A stretch of 53,072 nucleotides of DNA from a virus (taxonomy: Duplodnaviria; Caudoviricetes), in the IMG/VR virus record IMGVR_UViG_3300007535_000007, positions 1 to 53,072 of that record. One strand, 5' to 3'. The first letter of the stretch is position 1. Each line of letters starts with the position of its first letter. Shown piece after piece: positions 43,117 to 53,072 of the stretch. The notes below the pieces were generated by a model, which saw only the letters and a program-made list of their open reading frames with translations, made no database searches and was not told the origin of the DNA. The translations under genes and the position numbers were made by a program.

Positions 43117-45747
43117 TTATCCGCACTTTGAACTACCACAAGATCTGCATACAGAGCAGCCTTCCTGGTACACGATTTGCGAACTTCCGCACTCTAAACA
43201 AGTTCCTTCTACCTTTTCTCCATCCTTGATAAAAGTGGATAACCACTTCTTTACCGCAAACAAGAATGTACCTACATACGCATTGTCTAGCTTATCTAAT
43301 GCATATACAATATTCTTGATCAATACGCCATGTCTTAGGCATAGACTAATCATACGAGAAATCTTCGTTGCGTTGTTATCGCTCGCAATCTTCTCCAACA
43401 CGCCTTCGATATGATGCTCTGGAATACCCTTAGTTCTCGCCAGTGTGGTTAGTGCCTCAACCGCACCTTCTGCAACGACGTTCTTTTCATGGTGGTTGGT
43501 GTGAACGAACAGAGCAAATGGCCTACTACCTGTCTCATTCCACACAACCGTCATATACCACTTCTTACCTTCTGCGCGAAGACGCTTCATCGTCGCAGGA
43601 GTGGATTCTGGCATGTCCACATCCTGTAGGATGATTTCCTCATCGTCTGGCTCGGCATCCTTCTCATCCTTGGCGGAGAGAACCGTTGTCATGGTGCCCG
43701 AACGGTAGGTGGTTACGCCCTTGACAAAGCCGCTGGAATAAGCATTGAGGTAAATGTCTTTAAAATTCTCAAAAGGATAATCGTTAGGAACATTTACAGT
43801 CTTGCTCATTGCACTATCGACCCATCGCGCAAACCCGATAAGATCACTGACATGGTCTTGTACATTCATATTCATTGCCGTGGCAGTCCATGTTCGACGA
43901 GCATCCCACTCTCCCTTCCTTCGCATATATCGAACACCATAATCTTCACAGAGCACTTCTTTTGTTAGGCCACGATTTTTGTCAATCTTATAGACTGTTC
44001 CATCAGGCCCTTTGCCGCGAAGGATTTCTTCGTCGCCTTCTTTGACAAACTTAAACATTTTCGTTTCCTTCCACTCGCCTTCGTACCACTTAGGGCAAAC
44101 GTCAGCAATATCATCGGGCATGTAATTGACGATAACTGTACGAATATAGTCATGCATAAACACTGGCTCTAAGCCTCCACTAACTACATTGGCTAAGATA
44201 GATGTATTCCCCGTTGGCTGAATGGACAGAAGCGAGCTATTGCGAACACCTGTGGTAGATAGCTTGTCCATATATTCCTGTGGTAGGTCGAGAGACTTGA
44301 CAAACGGTCCTTCCTTGTGCCACTTCGGATTACACTCGCTAAACATGCCCTTTTCTTCAGCAAGATCAATAGATGCCATGTATGCAGTTCTCGCAATGGT
44401 ACGCATTACATCGTCGCGAAGCTTGTTCGCTTCTTCGCTGGCAAAGCGCGTCTGTAGCATATATAGAGCAGACCCCCAACCGAGAATACCTACACCGATT
44501 CTGCGCTTGTTGCGAATGCTGTACTCGTATTCTGGCAGCGGTGCCTTGGTAAGGTCATTAATATTATCGAGAAAGCGAACTAGATAGCGAGTATACTTTT
44601 CGATGCGCTTGAGGTCAAATCCTGTGCGAGCCTTATTGACGAACTGTGTAAGGTTTAACGATGCAAGGTTACAAACGCCACCAGGTGCCAGCGTTTGCTC
44701 GCCACAAGGGTTAGTGGCAAACACCGTCTCAGCATAGTTCAGTGGCAGGAAATAATTCGCACGATCCAAAAAGAGCACACCAGGCTCCGCACGATTATAT
44801 GTGCTTTCCATAATCAGATTCCACAGCCATAGAGCAGAGATGGTTTGATATTCTTTAGTTGGGTAACCTTTTGCTTCCCATGCCTTCATGTTACCGTCCC
44901 ATTCGTTCTCATACTTAGCGAATGTTGTATCTGGAAAACGCAATGTCCACTTGTCAACTTCGGAGAGTTCTTCTTCACCAGCACCGCCATCCTTCATCTG
45001 CAAAAGCTTGGTGACTAGATCCATAAACTCATCTGTACAGTTGACTGAGACATTGAACTTAGTTAGGCGACCTGGCTGTTGCTTTGCTGTAATAAATTCA
45101 ACAATGTCAGGGTGCCAAACATCCAACACGCCCATCATTGCACCCTTGCGGATCTTGCCCTTTGCCTTCTTGTTGAGGCTCTTCTTACCGGAGCCAGATG
45201 TAATGATCTCGGAGCTCTTGTCGAATAGTTCCATATATTTTACCGCACCAGGTGTCTCCACACCGATGCCGTGGATGAAGGCGCCACGTGGACGAATGTA
45301 GGAAAAATTCTCACCCCAGCCGCCTTCAGATTTGAGCGTATGCGATTGAGCGCGAAGGTGAGCAAGAATGCCGTCGAGGGAGTCCACATCCTTCTTCACT
45401 CGCGGACCGACATAGCAGTTCATCAGTGTCGTACCTTTCCACTCAGTACCGGCATTGGCATAGATGCGGCCGCCTGCCGTTGCCTTGAAATTGGAGAGCA
45501 GATCGTAAAACTTTTCAGTCCACTCGTTGCGAAGGTCTGTTGTAATTTCCATTGATGCCGCTGCTTCAGCAACACGGTAAAGAGTATCGTCAATACTCTT
45601 ATCGTTATGATCTTTATATGTACTCTGCCAAACCTCTTCTGAAAAAACATCTTCAAACTTGGTCTTGTACTTCTTCTGTATCTCTGTTTTTAGTGCGTCC
45701 TTTACTGTGATCTCTGGTGTCTTTTCTGCGAGGGCGGTAGAGTTCAT
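43117..45747 (-). CDS. nrdJ: Class II (B12-dependent) ribonucleotide reductase
   Basis: TLMNC, TNPCGE, CNLAS, QPTG, SKTVN, KGVTTYR; C-terminal Zn ribbon; no NrdB gene adjacent. Confidence 0.88.
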   Translation of the reverse strand: MNSTALAEKTPEITVKDALKTEIQKKYKTKFEDVFSEEVWQSTYKDHNDKSIDDTLYRVAEAAASMEITTDLRNEWTEKFYDLLSNFKATAGGRIYANAGTEWKGTTLMNCYVGPRVKKDVDSLDGILAHLRAQSHTLKSEGGWGENFSYIRPRGAFIHGIGVETPGAVKYMELFDKSSEIITSGSGKKSLNKKAKGKIRKGAMMGVLDVWHPDIVEFITAKQQPGRLTKFNVSVNCTDEFMDLVTKLLQMKDGGAGEEELSEVDKWTLRFPDTTFAKYENEWDGNMKAWEAKGYPTKEYQTISALWLWNLIMESTYNRAEPGVLFLDRANYFLPLNYAETVFATNPCGEQTLAPGGVCNLASLNLTQFVNKARTGFDLKRIEKYTRYLVRFLDNINDLTKAPLPEYEYSIRNKRRIGVGILGWGSALYMLQTRFASEEANKLRDDVMRTIARTAYMASIDLAEEKGMFSECNPKWHKEGPFVKSLDLPQEYMDKLSTTGVRNSSLLSIQPTGNTSILANVVSGGLEPVFMHDYIRTVIVNYMPDDIADVCPKWYEGEWKETKMFKFVKEGDEEILRGKGPDGTVYKIDKNRGLTKEVLCEDYGVRYMRRKGEWDARRTWTATAMNMNVQDHVSDLIGFARWVDSAMSKTVNVPNDYPFENFKDIYLNAYSSGFVKGVTTYRSGTMTTVLSAKDEKDAEPDDEEIILQDVDMPESTPATMKRLRAEGKKWYMTVVWNETGSRPFALFVHTNHHEKNVVAEGAVEALTTLARTKGIPEHHIEGVLEKIASDNNATKISRMISLCLRHGVLIKNIVYALDKLDNAYVGTFLFAVKKWLSTFIKDGEKVEGTCLECGSSQIVYQEGCSVCRSCGSSKCG

Positions 45748-45775
45748 TCCTGTGTTCTCCTTCTTGTTTTATAAA

Positions 45776-46210
45776 TCATTGAATTGTTGGAATTGACTCG
45801 TCTTCAAAACGGTCAATTACTTTAAAAGAAACTTCGTGTATCTTACTTATCTGTCCGAGGATAATATTTAAAATATACTTATTGTTGATTATCGGTGCCA
45901 AATATCTATTCCTATCATCTTCGATCAAAACAATTTCAATCGCTGCTTCTTTTACCACCAACATAAGAGTGTGATACATAAGAAGACTTGCCGCGTTTTC
46001 ACAGAATAATCTATAATGTAAGATTTCCCAAGGAGACGGCCAGCTACTGGGCGTATAGTAATCAATGCAGCGGCTACCAATAGGTAATTCAGCGAAGAAT
46101 ATTGCTACTCTATTTAGCTGTTCTTCCAAAGATAAATCTTGTATCTCTTCGCGAAAGGATCGCCAGTTTGCAATCCTTTCCTCGGGATTTGAATTATTCC
46201 AAAATGACAT
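45776..46210 (-). CDS. Hypothetical phage protein
   Basis: ERIANWRSFR, WPSPWEIL. Confidence 0.7.
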   Translation of the reverse strand: MSFWNNSNPEERIANWRSFREEIQDLSLEEQLNRVAIFFAELPIGSRCIDYYTPSSWPSPWEILHYRLFCENAASLLMYHTLMLVVKEAAIEIVLIEDDRNRYLAPIINNKYILNIILGQISKIHEVSFKVIDRFEDESIPTIQ

Positions 46211-46216
46211 TATATT

Positions 46217-46244
46217 ATTATAGCAGGTTATTCTTGACTGTCAA
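46217..46244 (-). promoter_or_regulatory. Sigma70 promoter TTGACA-N16-TATAAT with extended -10 TG; leaderless transcript
   Basis: TGCTATAAT, ATG 6 nt downstream. Confidence 0.7.
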
Positions 46245-46254
46245 ATGTTTATGA

Positions 46255-46998
46255 TTATACATACCACAGGAAGGCACGAATCTTAATAAGGCGGATTAGC
46301 ATCTCCTCTTCTTCCTTGTGCCAAGATTCCTCAATTTCAAACCGTTCTTTTGAAATTTTACTCCATTCAATCGATGCCGGATGATCTTTGAAATCATCGT
46401 CCATCATCCACCCGAAGGTATTAGGAATATCGCTTGGTCGGTCAGGTAGCGGGTGTGTTTGGTTTAACCTTTCTGCTCGGTTGGGATATTCGTTGACCCA
46501 CCAATCATAAATAGCAGTCATTTCTTTATAGGCGTCAGAATGCAAGTCATCAGATTCCCATTCGATATTGTTAGCGCCTGTCTCATAAAACTTACGCAGC
46601 TCTTCCATCATACCATGTAAGATTCTGGTGTCTGGATCGTAGTATCCCGGAGATAATGTCTTCGGTCTAAGGACGTGATACTGATGCTTCTTCACGAATC
46701 TATGTAGGAACGCACACTTGGCATCTCGAGTACGCCAGGAGATTCTCTTTACCATATTCTGAAAAAACCGGACAAATTTATTATGAAACCAATTACGAAT
46801 TGGAAATTGCTCTTCCATAGCCTCATCCCATTTTCGCCACCCGGTTCTTGTCAATGCACTGGGTCGATATATTCGCCAACGAGATTGGCGAGTCTTTTCA
46901 ATGAAACGATTAAAATATTCATCATCATTGAAATCATTCTTTTCGTTTAATTCATCGAGTTCTGGTATCTGTATTTTTAAACTGTGTGGGACTTTCAT
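46255..46998 (-). CDS. Trp-rich hypothetical phage protein
   Basis: PGYYDPDTRILH, IYDWW, EEMLIRLIKIR..LW. Confidence 0.7.
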   Translation of the reverse strand: MKVPHSLKIQIPELDELNEKNDFNDDEYFNRFIEKTRQSRWRIYRPSALTRTGWRKWDEAMEEQFPIRNWFHNKFVRFFQNMVKRISWRTRDAKCAFLHRFVKKHQYHVLRPKTLSPGYYDPDTRILHGMMEELRKFYETGANNIEWESDDLHSDAYKEMTAIYDWWVNEYPNRAERLNQTHPLPDRPSDIPNTFGWMMDDDFKDHPASIEWSKISKERFEIEESWHKEEEEMLIRLIKIRAFLWYV

Positions 46999-47337
46999 TT
47001 ACTTCTCTTTCCGAATATATCTGCGACTACGATCGCGCTCTGTTCTATTCAACCTTTGTGAACGATCTCGATAATATGGCAAAGATCGAGGCGATGAAGG
47101 GTAATTATAGATGCGACCCCTATATCTATAGTACCTATGCGGTCTTTCGATATACCATCTTGGATACGTCTGATAATAGAAGCGTGTAAATCCATAATGA
47201 TTATGGTGCAGGTCAGAGCTGATTCGAACCTCAGTTCTTACGTGGTCGATATTATATGGGACTGTCGAACAACCGATAAGAATGGTACTAGCAATTATTC
47301 CTACAATAACGATTAATGTCTTTCTAATTGAAAACAT
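46999..47337 (-). CDS. Putative lipoprotein, Arg/Tyr-rich
   Basis: TILIG|C lipobox; AAGGAG SD. Confidence 0.6.
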   Translation of the reverse strand: MFSIRKTLIVIVGIIASTILIGCSTVPYNIDHVRTEVRISSDLHHNHYGFTRFYYQTYPRWYIERPHRYYRYRGRIYNYPSSPRSLPYYRDRSQRLNRTERDRSRRYIRKEK

Positions 47338-47395
47338 ATGATCTCCTTTTATGTACTATAACATATTTATGGAGATTATGCAATTATCTTCAATA

Positions 47396-50300
47396 TTATT
47401 CCAGATTTAATTTCTTAAGTATTCGCCAATTACCAGTAATTGTCTTTCCTGCATCGGCATCATTGAACCAAAGTCTGCCAGAACATGGAAGGATGTTTAC
47501 TTCGCCAGGTCCTGGTGGGGTTACTGCGTCATTCAATAACACCGCCGGAACTCCGTCTAATAATACATTTAAATCTAGAGTAAGAATACGATGAGAGATC
47601 AACCTCGAAAAATTGATATCTTTGGCACCGGTGCTCACTCCATCACCAACCTCCACATATCTTCTATTGACGGCGTAATCAATTTCGCCATCATATAATG
47701 TCCATCCTCCCATATAGCCATTGGAGCTTGTCATGTTATGCCACATTGCAATACCTAGATCTTGCCCAGTCGCCGTCGGGAAGGTATATTCAACAACTCC
47801 GTTGATGAGGAACTCGATAGTTGTTCCTGTTCGCCTAAATGCAAAAATATCATTTTCAGCGCCGTCGGCTTTATTAATTGTTGCAGCCAACGATCCACCC
47901 AGAGCGCCAGTATATACAGTAACCGTATATTCTAGATCTTCAGTCACATTATTTACTCCGGTTCTTTGATATCTAACATGAAATTGATGACCTGCATCAC
48001 CCGTTGTTAGAGCTTTTGGATTAGCCTCAATCGATGCCCAATCTACGAGACCAAGTCGAGGAATGTATCCCGAACCATCCTGAACCATCTTAAAACGAAA
48101 TTCGAAGTCACCTTCTAGTTTGTTTTCCATATAGATTGAATTAGTTAATCCGCGCCCGGCAATAATTTTTCCAGGTTCTCCCCATGCAGGCGGCGTGGTC
48201 AAGCCTTCTTCTGTACTTGTCCAACCAGGAAATGCTAGTGCTAGTGGTTCCGCTACCCTCGCGCCTAGATCTACGGCAGGGACTGTGCCAGGCGTAAAGT
48301 CTGTGCCTGTGCCGGTGGCATGCATATAGTTATATGTTGTCTGAGCAAATGCAGTGGCATCATCTAGTAGAATACCATCATAGACATATACATCATAATA
48401 TTCACCCACTACCAACGGATCAGTGCCACCGTTGTCATCAAATCTGATTTGAAGAGTGTCTAATAGATCTTCGTCAGTGGCATGTGTGATTTTTGAGCCT
48501 GCATGATTTCTTTCCCATCCTGTTCCGTTCCAGCCCCATTGTTCAAACCAAGGGATTGCATTTTCAGATGAGACCGAGCTATTGCCATAGAATGTAAGGA
48601 AATAATAAGGTTGACTATTGCTGCCGGCACATAAGAAGATGCCGTTGCCGACGTGTCCGATCATTGTGTTAGATACGATGTTTCGACCTCTCAAAACTGT
48701 TGTGTGGCCGTGGGTTAGATTCACGCCGCTCGTGTTTTCATATACTTTCGGAACAGCACTATTAAATTGATCCCATGTTCGAATCGAAATCGGTGGCATG
48801 TGAGAACCGGTAGACTGGTTGGTTATACCGGTCAGAGCAGCTCCTGTATAACCAACCATATAGGTTGTATCTGTAGATTCGTCATGGTATGTTAAATTAC
48901 CAACAATACCTAAATTATTCTTTTCTGTATCGCCGGTGGTCACGTTCCCAGCGTTCTCAGAAGAAGCTCCAAATGAGATTCTTCCGTTTCCAAACCAATT
49001 GCTTGTTACCCAAACAAAAGCGGTGCTGGTATCATATATCCCCGAAATGAACCATTCAGTATTACTGAGTGGAGTCGCGCCGTTATGGAAATAATTTCGG
49101 AATTTTAGATGACCGCCAAGCCTAGAGCTAAGATTAATGCGTGTTTGATTTGACGCAGGACTTGCCCCTGCTTCGGACCACCAAAATGCTTGATTGTTGT
49201 TTGATTCAACATCAAACGCATCGGGCGCGACTATCATCAATTGACCATCAACACTATATGGATTAACAATTAGGCCTAATATATTCGAGGGACCTGGCGT
49301 CCCGCTTGTATAATCTGTTAGTAAGAATTGTGGGTCGGTCGTTTCATCATATAATGTCCAAGTAGTACCTTGGTCGGTAGACTTGCCTAAATATGCAACC
49401 GAATCTGTGACATCATGAAATATAGCCCACACATCGCCAGTGGCTCTATTTACAGTCACTCCTCGGCAGGAGTTTGGGTTAGTAATCCCGGCAGGTGTGA
49501 TTTGTGTGATTGCGGTTACGGGTCCTTGAGACGGCCTTTCAATCTTCCATAGGCCTGTATTTTCACACGCCGCAAAAATATCTCCGGTCCTTTCGCCTCC
49601 CGAATACGCAGGTCCTAGCTGAAGCAACCCCGTCGCGGGCAAAGGAATGGCACTGTCAGCGGTAATATTTTCAAATTCGCCATTCACATGCATCACCGTG
49701 ATGCCGTCATCTGCGTATGTTAGAAATTCAGGCCATAGATATTGTTGAAATCTGCGTTCAGCTTGTCCGAACCGTCGAGAATCAGTTCCTTCTGGACCAA
49801 CATAAGTTCCAAAACCCGGTGGTCGCATAGTATTAATCGTCATAGGCACAGGTTGATATTGAGCATAGTTCCATCCTGTCCCGCGTCGCCTCCGAATTTT
49901 ATACTCAGCAGCACCAACTAATCCGCCAGTAGTGATCTCAACTCGATAATGATGAACAAACGGTTCTCTATTTACGGTGTCTGCCCATGTTCCTGGGTCT
50001 GTCACAGTAAGGCTTGCCAGAGAACTTCCCTGATTATCAATATCTAGAAACGGTCTGCGGAAATTGCCTGTATCTGCTTGTCTATGAAATAGATTTTGTA
50101 CAGCCGAACCTGTTCCTTTCGATACGGGCTGCGATGTTATGAAGTTGACCGACCCTCTTTTGACACTAAATGCTCGAAAAGGTAACCCATGATAATTCGT
50201 GACATTTGCAGATGAAGCAGGAATGCCTACAGAATACCGATGCCCGAAGAGCATATTGATGTGTGACGAGTGTGCAGATTGTCTTACTGACCCGCCGCTA

Positions 50301-51043
50301 TAGATAGATGGTGCGTTAAATCGTCCTGACGAATCGCTCTTTGTTCCTTCACAATATAAATGTGTAGGATAATAACTCCAGTCCTCTGGTTCTGATATGG
50401 AACTAGCGGTTGACGGATAAATTGTGGCTTGCTGCCCAAAAGTGTTGGCCATGCTCCGAGACGCATCTACCTTTCCATCCGCGACAGGCGATATATCAAC
50501 AAAGATTCGATAAAAAACATCTAGTAACTCGTCGGTTTCCTGAATACATGGGGTTGTGAGGCTCACAGAAGCCAGGTGCCCTTGCCGCGCGCCTTGGAAG
50601 TCAGCTCCGCTCTGAGAAAGTCCTTCGCTGCTGACAACAACTGATCGTATATATCTTGTAGCCGACGGAACGCTGAATCTAGTTTGTGTGGTCCAAAAAC
50701 CGTTGCCAGGCGGGTCTGTATTAATATCGCCACCTGTCCAAAATGGCTGAGCTTCTTGGAGTCCAGAAACCCACGTCAACGTGCTCGTGCTATTCTCCCC
50801 ATGTATAGTTGTATTTAATATGTTTGAAGTGGGTATGTGACTTACCCACGCCGCAACTGCATAGGTCGCACCGGTAAGAGTTGATGTATTAAGATACCGT
50901 TGATTGAGCATGTGCTTATCATGATACTTGTATTGAATATTATTCTGCTCTTCTTGAACAGATACTATTTCACCCGGGACCCACTCGTTATTTTCATCGA
51001 GTATCGCCTTATATTTAACCAGTGTAAAAATACCTTTGACCAT
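47396..51043 (-). CDS. Large virion structural protein (tail/baseplate-associated, beta-rich)
   Basis: 1215 aa, Thr/Gly/Ser-rich, Asp-box KSTDQGTTW, CTAAATA late-type promoter. Confidence 0.65.
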   Translation of the reverse strand: MVKGIFTLVKYKAILDENNEWVPGEIVSVQEEQNNIQYKYHDKHMLNQRYLNTSTLTGATYAVAAWVSHIPTSNILNTTIHGENSTSTLTWVSGLQEAQPFWTGGDINTDPPGNGFWTTQTRFSVPSATRYIRSVVVSSEGLSQSGADFQGARQGHLASVSLTTPCIQETDELLDVFYRIFVDISPVADGKVDASRSMANTFGQQATIYPSTASSISEPEDWSYYPTHLYCEGTKSDSSGRFNAPSIYSGGSVRQSAHSSHINMLFGHRYSVGIPASSANVTNYHGLPFRAFSVKRGSVNFITSQPVSKGTGSAVQNLFHRQADTGNFRRPFLDIDNQGSSLASLTVTDPGTWADTVNREPFVHHYRVEITTGGLVGAAEYKIRRRRGTGWNYAQYQPVPMTINTMRPPGFGTYVGPEGTDSRRFGQAERRFQQYLWPEFLTYADDGITVMHVNGEFENITADSAIPLPATGLLQLGPAYSGGERTGDIFAACENTGLWKIERPSQGPVTAITQITPAGITNPNSCRGVTVNRATGDVWAIFHDVTDSVAYLGKSTDQGTTWTLYDETTDPQFLLTDYTSGTPGPSNILGLIVNPYSVDGQLMIVAPDAFDVESNNNQAFWWSEAGASPASNQTRINLSSRLGGHLKFRNYFHNGATPLSNTEWFISGIYDTSTAFVWVTSNWFGNGRISFGASSENAGNVTTGDTEKNNLGIVGNLTYHDESTDTTYMVGYTGAALTGITNQSTGSHMPPISIRTWDQFNSAVPKVYENTSGVNLTHGHTTVLRGRNIVSNTMIGHVGNGIFLCAGSNSQPYYFLTFYGNSSVSSENAIPWFEQWGWNGTGWERNHAGSKITHATDEDLLDTLQIRFDDNGGTDPLVVGEYYDVYVYDGILLDDATAFAQTTYNYMHATGTGTDFTPGTVPAVDLGARVAEPLALAFPGWTSTEEGLTTPPAWGEPGKIIAGRGLTNSIYMENKLEGDFEFRFKMVQDGSGYIPRLGLVDWASIEANPKALTTGDAGHQFHVRYQRTGVNNVTEDLEYTVTVYTGALGGSLAATINKADGAENDIFAFRRTGTTIEFLINGVVEYTFPTATGQDLGIAMWHNMTSSNGYMGGWTLYDGEIDYAVNRRYVEVGDGVSTGAKDINFSRLISHRILTLDLNVLLDGVPAVLLNDAVTPPGPGEVNILPCSGRLWFNDADAGKTITGNWRILKKLNLE

Positions 51044-51081
51044 GATACGTTATCCCTTTATAATACTATATTTAGTTAATC

Positions 51082-52107
51082 CTAAAGCTCGCCGATGCTA
51101 ATTCCACCCACGCGAGAGACGAAGATATTTGGATCGATTGTGCCAGACGAACTAGGGGCTGGAGTACAAAATGTTTCGTTGTCTGGGCAAGCCACAAGAC
51201 CCGGAACAAAGGTTGAGAAACTTGTTAATTCTGCGGCGCCGCCAATAGTAATGCCCGGAGTTGCGGTAGATTCAACCTCTTTTGAAATCAATGTTGTAAT
51301 GAAAATCGTAAAACTTGTTAGTTCAGAAGCGCCAGAAGAAGACATTCCTGTTGCGACAGATGTAAAGGCATTTCTTGTATACTTCGATTCTGGTGCTCGG
51401 TAGATCTCACCACTTGTTTCTCTGGAAACAACATTTCGTAAAAGATCATTCCATATTACAACCAGCCGATATGTAACGCCGTTTTCGATATTCCAGTACC
51501 TTCTTTCAGGAATTTGTATGCCCTCGGTCACCCAAACACCATTTACTAATTTCTGTACTTCTATACCTAATAGAATATTATATTTGGAAATTCCAGTAGG
51601 TTGAGTCCACATAATCGAATAAGGTCCGTTCTTACAAGTTCCCGGTGTATATGTCCCATTTTGGTCCGAGTATGATGTAGGAGCAACATCAACAGTCGCC
51701 GGCATACGAACTTCCGAACTATGACGACCAAGTTCGATGACCGTAGGCACATACGATTCGCCTGCTTCTGTGATGGTACTAGATGCTATAGACGTTATTT
51801 CTCTAAAGACATTTACATCACTGAACTTCTCAAAAGGCGTACCCCTATCTATCCAAAGTCGAAAAACTAAATCAGTGGTATTCGGATTTACAAACCACGG
51901 CGTTAACGTATTAGAATCTTCTAATGTGACCGGAGTACCTTCTATTTGTTCCCATTCAAATATGTGATCATTAATGTCACCTACTAAGATCTGTGCATCG
52001 AGTTCTACAATTGATGCACAAATAACATTCTGATCAGAACCTGCGCTAAATGAGATGAACTCCGGCGCTACCTCAGACTGAAGGACTTTAACACTGATAA
52101 ACGGCAT
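51082..52107 (-). CDS. Virion structural protein with PKD/Ig-like domain
   Basis: FEWEQIEGTPVTL..NTLTP.F..P...DLVFRL pattern. Confidence 0.55.
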   Translation of the reverse strand: MPFISVKVLQSEVAPEFISFSAGSDQNVICASIVELDAQILVGDINDHIFEWEQIEGTPVTLEDSNTLTPWFVNPNTTDLVFRLWIDRGTPFEKFSDVNVFREITSIASSTITEAGESYVPTVIELGRHSSEVRMPATVDVAPTSYSDQNGTYTPGTCKNGPYSIMWTQPTGISKYNILLGIEVQKLVNGVWVTEGIQIPERRYWNIENGVTYRLVVIWNDLLRNVVSRETSGEIYRAPESKYTRNAFTSVATGMSSSGASELTSFTIFITTLISKEVESTATPGITIGGAAELTSFSTFVPGLVACPDNETFCTPAPSSSGTIDPNIFVSRVGGISIGEL

Positions 52108-53072
52108 TAGAAGGTTAGCTCCCCGCTTAATGTAATGGCGATGTTACCTATCACACCATCTGGAACACTGGGTCCAACAAGGGTGATGACATCGCCGGGT
52201 GCTACGATCACTTCCGATGGAATCGTGACCGTTCCTAAATTGTTACCTGTTGTGAATTGGATGGTACCAAACTCTACATCGTTCTTCTGTACGCTAAATG
52301 TTTGCGCAAGATTAGATGCCGTTGCAGCATAAGCTTGTGATGCATTACCATCTAAAAAGGTAAATGCATTTGCCACCACATAAGCACCATAAAGATAATC
52401 AGGTGTCGTGGTAGAACCACTAATAAAGAAACCTACTTCGTAAGGTACTGGACCACTAAATCCGCCTCCTGCCCCTGTGCCGATCTCAATATTGAGATTG
52501 GTTGTTACGATGCCTGTTGGCGAGCCGCTAAAAGATGGACTAACGGCGAAAACACGATTGACCAAATTGGCCAATGCTGCTGCCTGCCCCTGAGTGTCAA
52601 GATTTAGAAAACCGTCTTCATCAAAATCGCCACCAAACAGAACTAGATCGCCAACAAGATCTGTAGATATGTGATTAGCTCCTGCAGATGTAGATAGAAC
52701 AATTGATTCGATATTTGCCAGAGTATTATTTGCATCAACGCCTTGATCAGCAGCAACAAAAACAGAATAACCAGTAAATCCATTAGGCGGATTAGTTCTT
52801 AATGTAGAGTCCCAAATAATATCCTCATCTGCCAGAACAACGGTACCCGAGTTCACAAGCGCAGACTTAACATTATTAAATAGCGTACTATTAAAAGCAT
52901 CATCGAATCGTATTTCGAGAATGCTTGTGTCTATGATAGATTGTGCTGTCGCAATATCTTGATCGTTATAAACCAATATGCCTGCAATCATTAATGATGG
53001 ATCGCCACCAATCCAAACCTGCTTCGTGTCGGCTGTGAGTGCTATTTCACCTGGTCGCAATGGTTGTGGAAG
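52107..53072 (-). CDS. Partial tail/baseplate structural protein (start lies outside window)
   Basis: LPQPLRPGEIALTADTKQVWIG motif typical of tail-protein N-termini; frame open to the window edge. Confidence 0.55.
   Translation of the reverse strand, partial: LPQPLRPGEIALTADTKQVWIGGDPSLMIAGILVYNDQDIATAQSIIDTSILEIRFDDAFNSTLFNNVKSALVNSGTVVLADEDIIWDSTLRTNPPNGFTGYSVFVAADQGVDANNTLANIESIVLSTSAGANHISTDLVGDLVLFGGDFDEDGFLNLDTQGQAAALANLVNRVFAVSPSFSGSPTGIVTTNLNIEIGTGAGGGFSGPVPYEVGFFISGSTTTPDYLYGAYVVANAFTFLDGNASQAYAATASNLAQTFSVQKNDVEFGTIQFTTGNNLGTVTIPSEVIVAPGDVITLVGPSVPDGVIGNIAITLSGELTF

Noticed and set aside
43117-45747. Intein or intron in the RNR; class I assignment
   Set aside because: No intein or homing endonuclease motifs and the ORF is continuous; no NrdB gene adjacent and the C-terminus is NrdJ-like
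1-53072. tRNA genes or stop-codon reassignment
   Set aside because: No cloverleaf recognised in the intergenic gaps by eye (tRNAscan-SE not run); known genes are full length and end in TAA, TAG or TGA

Overview
A 53 kb segment of a large lytic T4-superfamily (jumbo, probably RaK2/Atu_ph07-like) phage genome, almost entirely on the minus strand. The host is probably a proteobacterium; a GcrA-like gene hints at Alphaproteobacteria. It encodes nucleotide metabolism (class II RNR, ThyA, dCMP deaminase, GMP reductase, MazG, UNG), replication proteins (clamp loader, DnaE fragment, DEDDh exonucleases), proteostasis (ClpX, ClpP, ClpS, sHSP, GroES), host-machinery mimics (bS21, RNAP omega, GcrA-like, ArfA-like, PTH2-like), FolE/QueD, candidate packaged head proteins, and virion structural genes at the right end. 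The best candidate for an undescribed system is a c-di-GMP-I (GEMM-I) riboswitch whose P1 competes with an anti-Shine-Dalgarno hairpin, placed directly before a secreted Gly/Thr/Asn/Ala-rich repeat protein. Next to it is a ROSE-like RNA thermometer before the sHSP gene. Also notable: a short K-x-x-F-x-x-x-L-x-G motif in many unrelated small proteins, a 56-aa ORF resembling a fragment of the gp23 major capsid protein, and sigma70 promoters with an IHF-like box at fixed spacing. All calls come from manual motif and base-pairing inspection; no searches or folding programs were run.
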